DNA from: an uncultured Poribacteria bacterium
Lineage (GTDB): Bacteria > Poribacteria > WGA-4E > WGA-3G
Assembly: GCA_951813565.1 (NCBI GenBank)
Contig: OX638351.1
Span: forward strand, 2,304,001 to 2,368,000
Direction: 5' to 3'
DNA length: 64,000 nt
The notes beneath the pieces are model-generated. The model was not told the DNA's origin, did no database searches, and was given only the letters and a program-made list of their open reading frames with translations. This document shows, one piece after another, positions 61,107 to 64,000 of this stretch (position 1 is its first letter; each line of letters begins with the position of its first letter). The position numbers were made by a program, and so were the translations under genes.

Positions 61107-61466
61107 TTATAATAAGGCAGGATCATATTCAATCACTGCTGCAATTGCAGTTACAATCATGTCCATGATTGACAGTGGAACTTCCCCGACTTTTCGAACA
61201 AATCGCAGTGTATCAAGACCTCGTAGTTGTAATGTATCAACAGCAGAGAGTTTTGTGAGATTATTTGTTGAGTCGGGCACTAACTTCACATGCCAAATGT
61301 TATTGGTGAAATAATTTTTCCATTCCGTTATCGGTGCAACGAGGCGAATAGGTAATACGCCTATTTCATCAGAATTTACGACAACAACAGGCCGTGTCTT
61401 CTAAATTTCTGCGCCGCGTGTCGGGTTAAGGTCGACTAACCAAATTTCCCCGCATGTCGGGTTCAT
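61107..61466 (-). pseudogene. PemK/MazF toxin with in-frame TAG at codon 22 (61401-61403)
   Basis: MNPTCGEIWLVDLNPTRGAEI*KTRPVVVVNSD...VAPIT..., continuing in frame to 61107. Confidence 0.85.
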
Positions 61467-61713
61467 CCACAAAATCTCCTGCTTGCCATTTGTCACGTTC
61501 AGACTCTGTTTGTTCGTAGTGGTCTTTCATCTGTTCTGCTTGTTGCGATAGAAGTTGACGACGTTCATCAGTAGAAAGACGCATGAATTTCGCTTGAGGT
61601 GATTCTCCCACCGCTGTTGTTAAGGAATGCAGTAAACGGTACGCTAACGGTAATTTGGATTCTGGCAGTTTTGCTACTAATGCTTGCACTTCGGTGTGTG
61701 TTATTGTTCGCAT
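61426..61713 (-). CDS. Putative antitoxin
   Basis: Small ORF directly upstream of and overlapping the PemK gene; RBS precedes ATG 61713. Confidence 0.6.
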   Translation of the reverse strand: MRTITHTEVQALVAKLPESKLPLAYRLLHSLTTAVGESPQAKFMRLSTDERRQLLSQQAEQMKDHYEQTESERDKWQAGDFVDEPDMRGNLVSRP

Positions 61714-61964
61714 CCTTTCCTCCTGATATGGTAATTTTGAAAAGACCATAACAAATTGCTGTTTAAGATTATACAATCTTTTCGGCACATCTTCAACAAA
61801 ATTACATCTCTAAATCAAAAAAGTATTGACAATAAAACCTTTTATGTCTTAAAATGGCATAATCATTTTTAAACTTTTTGATTGTCATAACGTTATATAA
61901 CACAATTACTCTGTTACAACAAACTTCAGCTTGTAAGCCATATTGAAAAAGGGAGTGAATTCCA

Positions 61965-64000
61965 GTGAAAAGTGCTAAAAGTTCAATTCCACTAACTGCC
62001 ATGTTTGTCTGTTTGTGTATCGCAATGTTAGGACTGCCAATAGCATTTGCAGATCACCACGAAACCCCACAAACAACCATCAACTATAGTCAAGATATCC
62101 GTCCCATTTTATCGGATAACTGTTTCGCTTGCCACGGACCAGACGAAAAGACTCGACAGGCAAACCTACGACTTGATACAAAAGAAGGTGCTTTCTCTGA
62201 TCCAAGTGGGTATCCGATTCTCGTTCCTAAAGAGCCAGATGAAAGCGAACTCTATCTCCGTATCACTTCTGATGACGACAGTCGTCGGATGCCACCAGCA
62301 GATTTCAATAAAACGCTAACACCAGAGCAAATAGAAACCATTAAACAGTGGATAAGCGAAGGCGCGCAATGGGAAGAACATTGGGCGTTTACCACACCTA
62401 TTCGTCCAACGCTGCCCACTGTAAAAAACAAAGATTGGGCGCGGAATCCAATTGATGCATTTATCTTGGCACGCCTCGAAAAAGAGGCACTACAACCTGC
62501 TAAAGCAGCGGATAGGCGCACGCTAATTCGCCGCTTAAGTTTTGACCTCACTGGTTTACCGCCAACACGTGAAGAAATCTATCAATTCCTTGCGGATGAT
62601 TCACCCGATGCTTATGAAAAACTGATTGATACTTTCATGGCAAAGCCCGAATACGGCGAACACATGGGTCGCTTCTGGTTAGATGTAGCACGTTATGGTG
62701 ATACCCACGGACTGCATTTAGACAACTACCGTGAGATGTGGCCCTATAGAGATTGGGTGATTAAGGCGTTCAACAATAAGATGCCGTTTGACCAGTTTAC
62801 GATTGAACAGTTGGCGGGCGATCTCTTGCCGGAACCGACCCTTGATCAACAGGTAGCCACTGGTTTCAACCGATGCCACGTTACAACAAGTGAAGGCGGT
62901 TCAATTGCCGAAGAATATTACGTCCGATATGCTGTTGACAGAGCCAATACGACTGCTACCGTCTGGATGGGATTAACCGCCGGTTGTGCGCAGTGCCACG
63001 ACCACAAATATGACCCGATTTCACAGAAAGAATACTATCAACTCTACGCCTATTTTAATAATATCACGGAAAATGCGATGGATGGCAACCGCAAGGATTC
63101 TCCACCTGTTGTGAAGTTGCCAACACCAGAGCAGAAGGCACAACTCGCAAAATATGATGACCTGATCAAAGACTTAGACACACGTAGCAAAGGATCACTG
63201 CCGCAGGTTGATGCTGCCCAAACTGCATGGGAAAACAGAATGCCGCGCTGGACACTTATCAAGCCAGAAGTTGTCCTTTCGCAAGGTGGCGCAACGCTTG
63301 AAATCCGTGATGATAATTCCGTTTTGGCAAGTGGTGAAAACCCTGATAAAGAGGTCTATGAGGTTATTGCAAAACTACCCTCTGGCAAATGGAGTGCTGT
63401 ACGCTTGGAAGGTATCCCTGACAAATCCCTACCGGGCAGTGGTATCGGACGCAGCGACAATAGCAACGTGGTTTTGACTGGAATTTCTGTTGACATTGTT
63501 CCTGCTGCAAATGCGGAGGCAGAGCTTAATGCTGCTAAGGAAGCAGCACAAAAGGCAGCTGAAGCAGCTAAGGCGGCTGAAGAGGCAAAAGCGGCTGAAG
63601 CGGCTAAAGCAGCCGGTGAAAAAACTGAAGAAGCAGCAAAGGAAGCTGATAAACCCGCTGAAGATGCGGCAAAACAGGAAACAGCACCAGAAGCGGAAGA
63701 TAAACCAGCCGAAGATGCTACAACAGAAACCGATGCTGTAGAACCTGCTGAAGATGCGGCAGCTGAGGATGCAGCACCAGAAGAAGCGGCACCAGAAACC
63801 GATGAAGCGAAAGCCGCTGAGGAAACAACGGAAGATGCTGCAGAATCTGCCGAACCCAAAGACCCTTGGACATCCGTTCCCATCGTAAAAGCATGGGCGG
63901 ACAAGGAGCAGGGAGGCGGTGATTTTTCTATTGCGAATGTGATTGATGAGAAGCCTGAAACCGGTTGGGGATTGGAGAGCAATAACAATCGTGGCAACAG
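61965..64000 (+). CDS. Planctomycete-type cytochrome c / DUF1549 domain protein (3' partial; missing from the ORF track)
   Basis: GGGAG RBS, GTG start and signal peptide; CFACH, HWAF, NPID.F, R.LIRRL..DLTGLPP, YGE....WLD.ARY and CAQCHDHKYD. Confidence 0.88.
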   Translation, partial: MKSAKSSIPLTAMFVCLCIAMLGLPIAFADHHETPQTTINYSQDIRPILSDNCFACHGPDEKTRQANLRLDTKEGAFSDPSGYPILVPKEPDESELYLRITSDDDSRRMPPADFNKTLTPEQIETIKQWISEGAQWEEHWAFTTPIRPTLPTVKNKDWARNPIDAFILARLEKEALQPAKAADRRTLIRRLSFDLTGLPPTREEIYQFLADDSPDAYEKLIDTFMAKPEYGEHMGRFWLDVARYGDTHGLHLDNYREMWPYRDWVIKAFNNKMPFDQFTIEQLAGDLLPEPTLDQQVATGFNRCHVTTSEGGSIAEEYYVRYAVDRANTTATVWMGLTAGCAQCHDHKYDPISQKEYYQLYAYFNNITENAMDGNRKDSPPVVKLPTPEQKAQLAKYDDLIKDLDTRSKGSLPQVDAAQTAWENRMPRWTLIKPEVVLSQGGATLEIRDDNSVLASGENPDKEVYEVIAKLPSGKWSAVRLEGIPDKSLPGSGIGRSDNSNVVLTGISVDIVPAANAEAELNAAKEAAQKAAEAAKAAEEAKAAEAAKAAGEKTEEAAKEADKPAEDAAKQETAPEAEDKPAEDATTETDAVEPAEDAAAEDAAPEEAAPETDEAKAAEETTEDAAESAEPKDPWTSVPIVKAWADKEQGGGDFSIANVIDEKPETGWGLESNNNRGN

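Noticed and set aside
61401..61403. Amber recoding / pyrrolysine
   Set aside because: Single case; TAG ends many intact genes here (glnA, dcd, def), and no pyl genes are seen.
63356..63997. 213-aa Ser/Ala-rich minus-strand ORF
   Set aside because: Antisense shadow of the low-complexity segment of the + strand cytochrome gene.

Overview
Bacterial chromosomal window, probably from Candidatus Poribacteria or a relative. This is an inference from the gene repertoire (LamG protein with a 'TTTWGGIK' tail, paired PhyH dioxygenases, WD40/TPR/ankyrin proteins, Uma2, a DUF1549-type cytochrome). Contents, left to right: the end of an IS630 element; a SIMPL gene plus a GldA/F/G-DUF4340 ABC operon; an 8-kb envelope/secreted-peptide locus with four separate single-base lesions; glnA with a sigma54 promoter and two PII copies, one degenerate; dcd, a GlcF-like Fe-S gene, an ORF-less IS200/IS605 derivative, an IS982 element, larE, def, Uma2 and vWA genes. 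Then comes a co-oriented + strand block: an SHMT-like enzyme, two Rieske-helical paralogues flanking an ankyrin gene, WD40, stand-alone PolX-HhH and MORN/Zn-ribbon modules, a tnpB element splitting a trypsin-TPR lipoprotein, LamG, DUF5916, and rhodanese-PTPS-folE. The window ends with M20, cupin, bioF, two HxA-motif Fe/2OG enzymes, a dead PemK toxin and a partial cytochrome gene. The most unusual signal is intergenic. A family of ~34-35 nt AATCAACG-hairpin micro-elements shows covarying stems and inserts without target duplication at fixed sites in REP-like hairpins and in each other; empty and filled alleles are both visible. They sit inside several nested MITE families with clear TIRs and TSDs. 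All calls were made by eye, without database searches.
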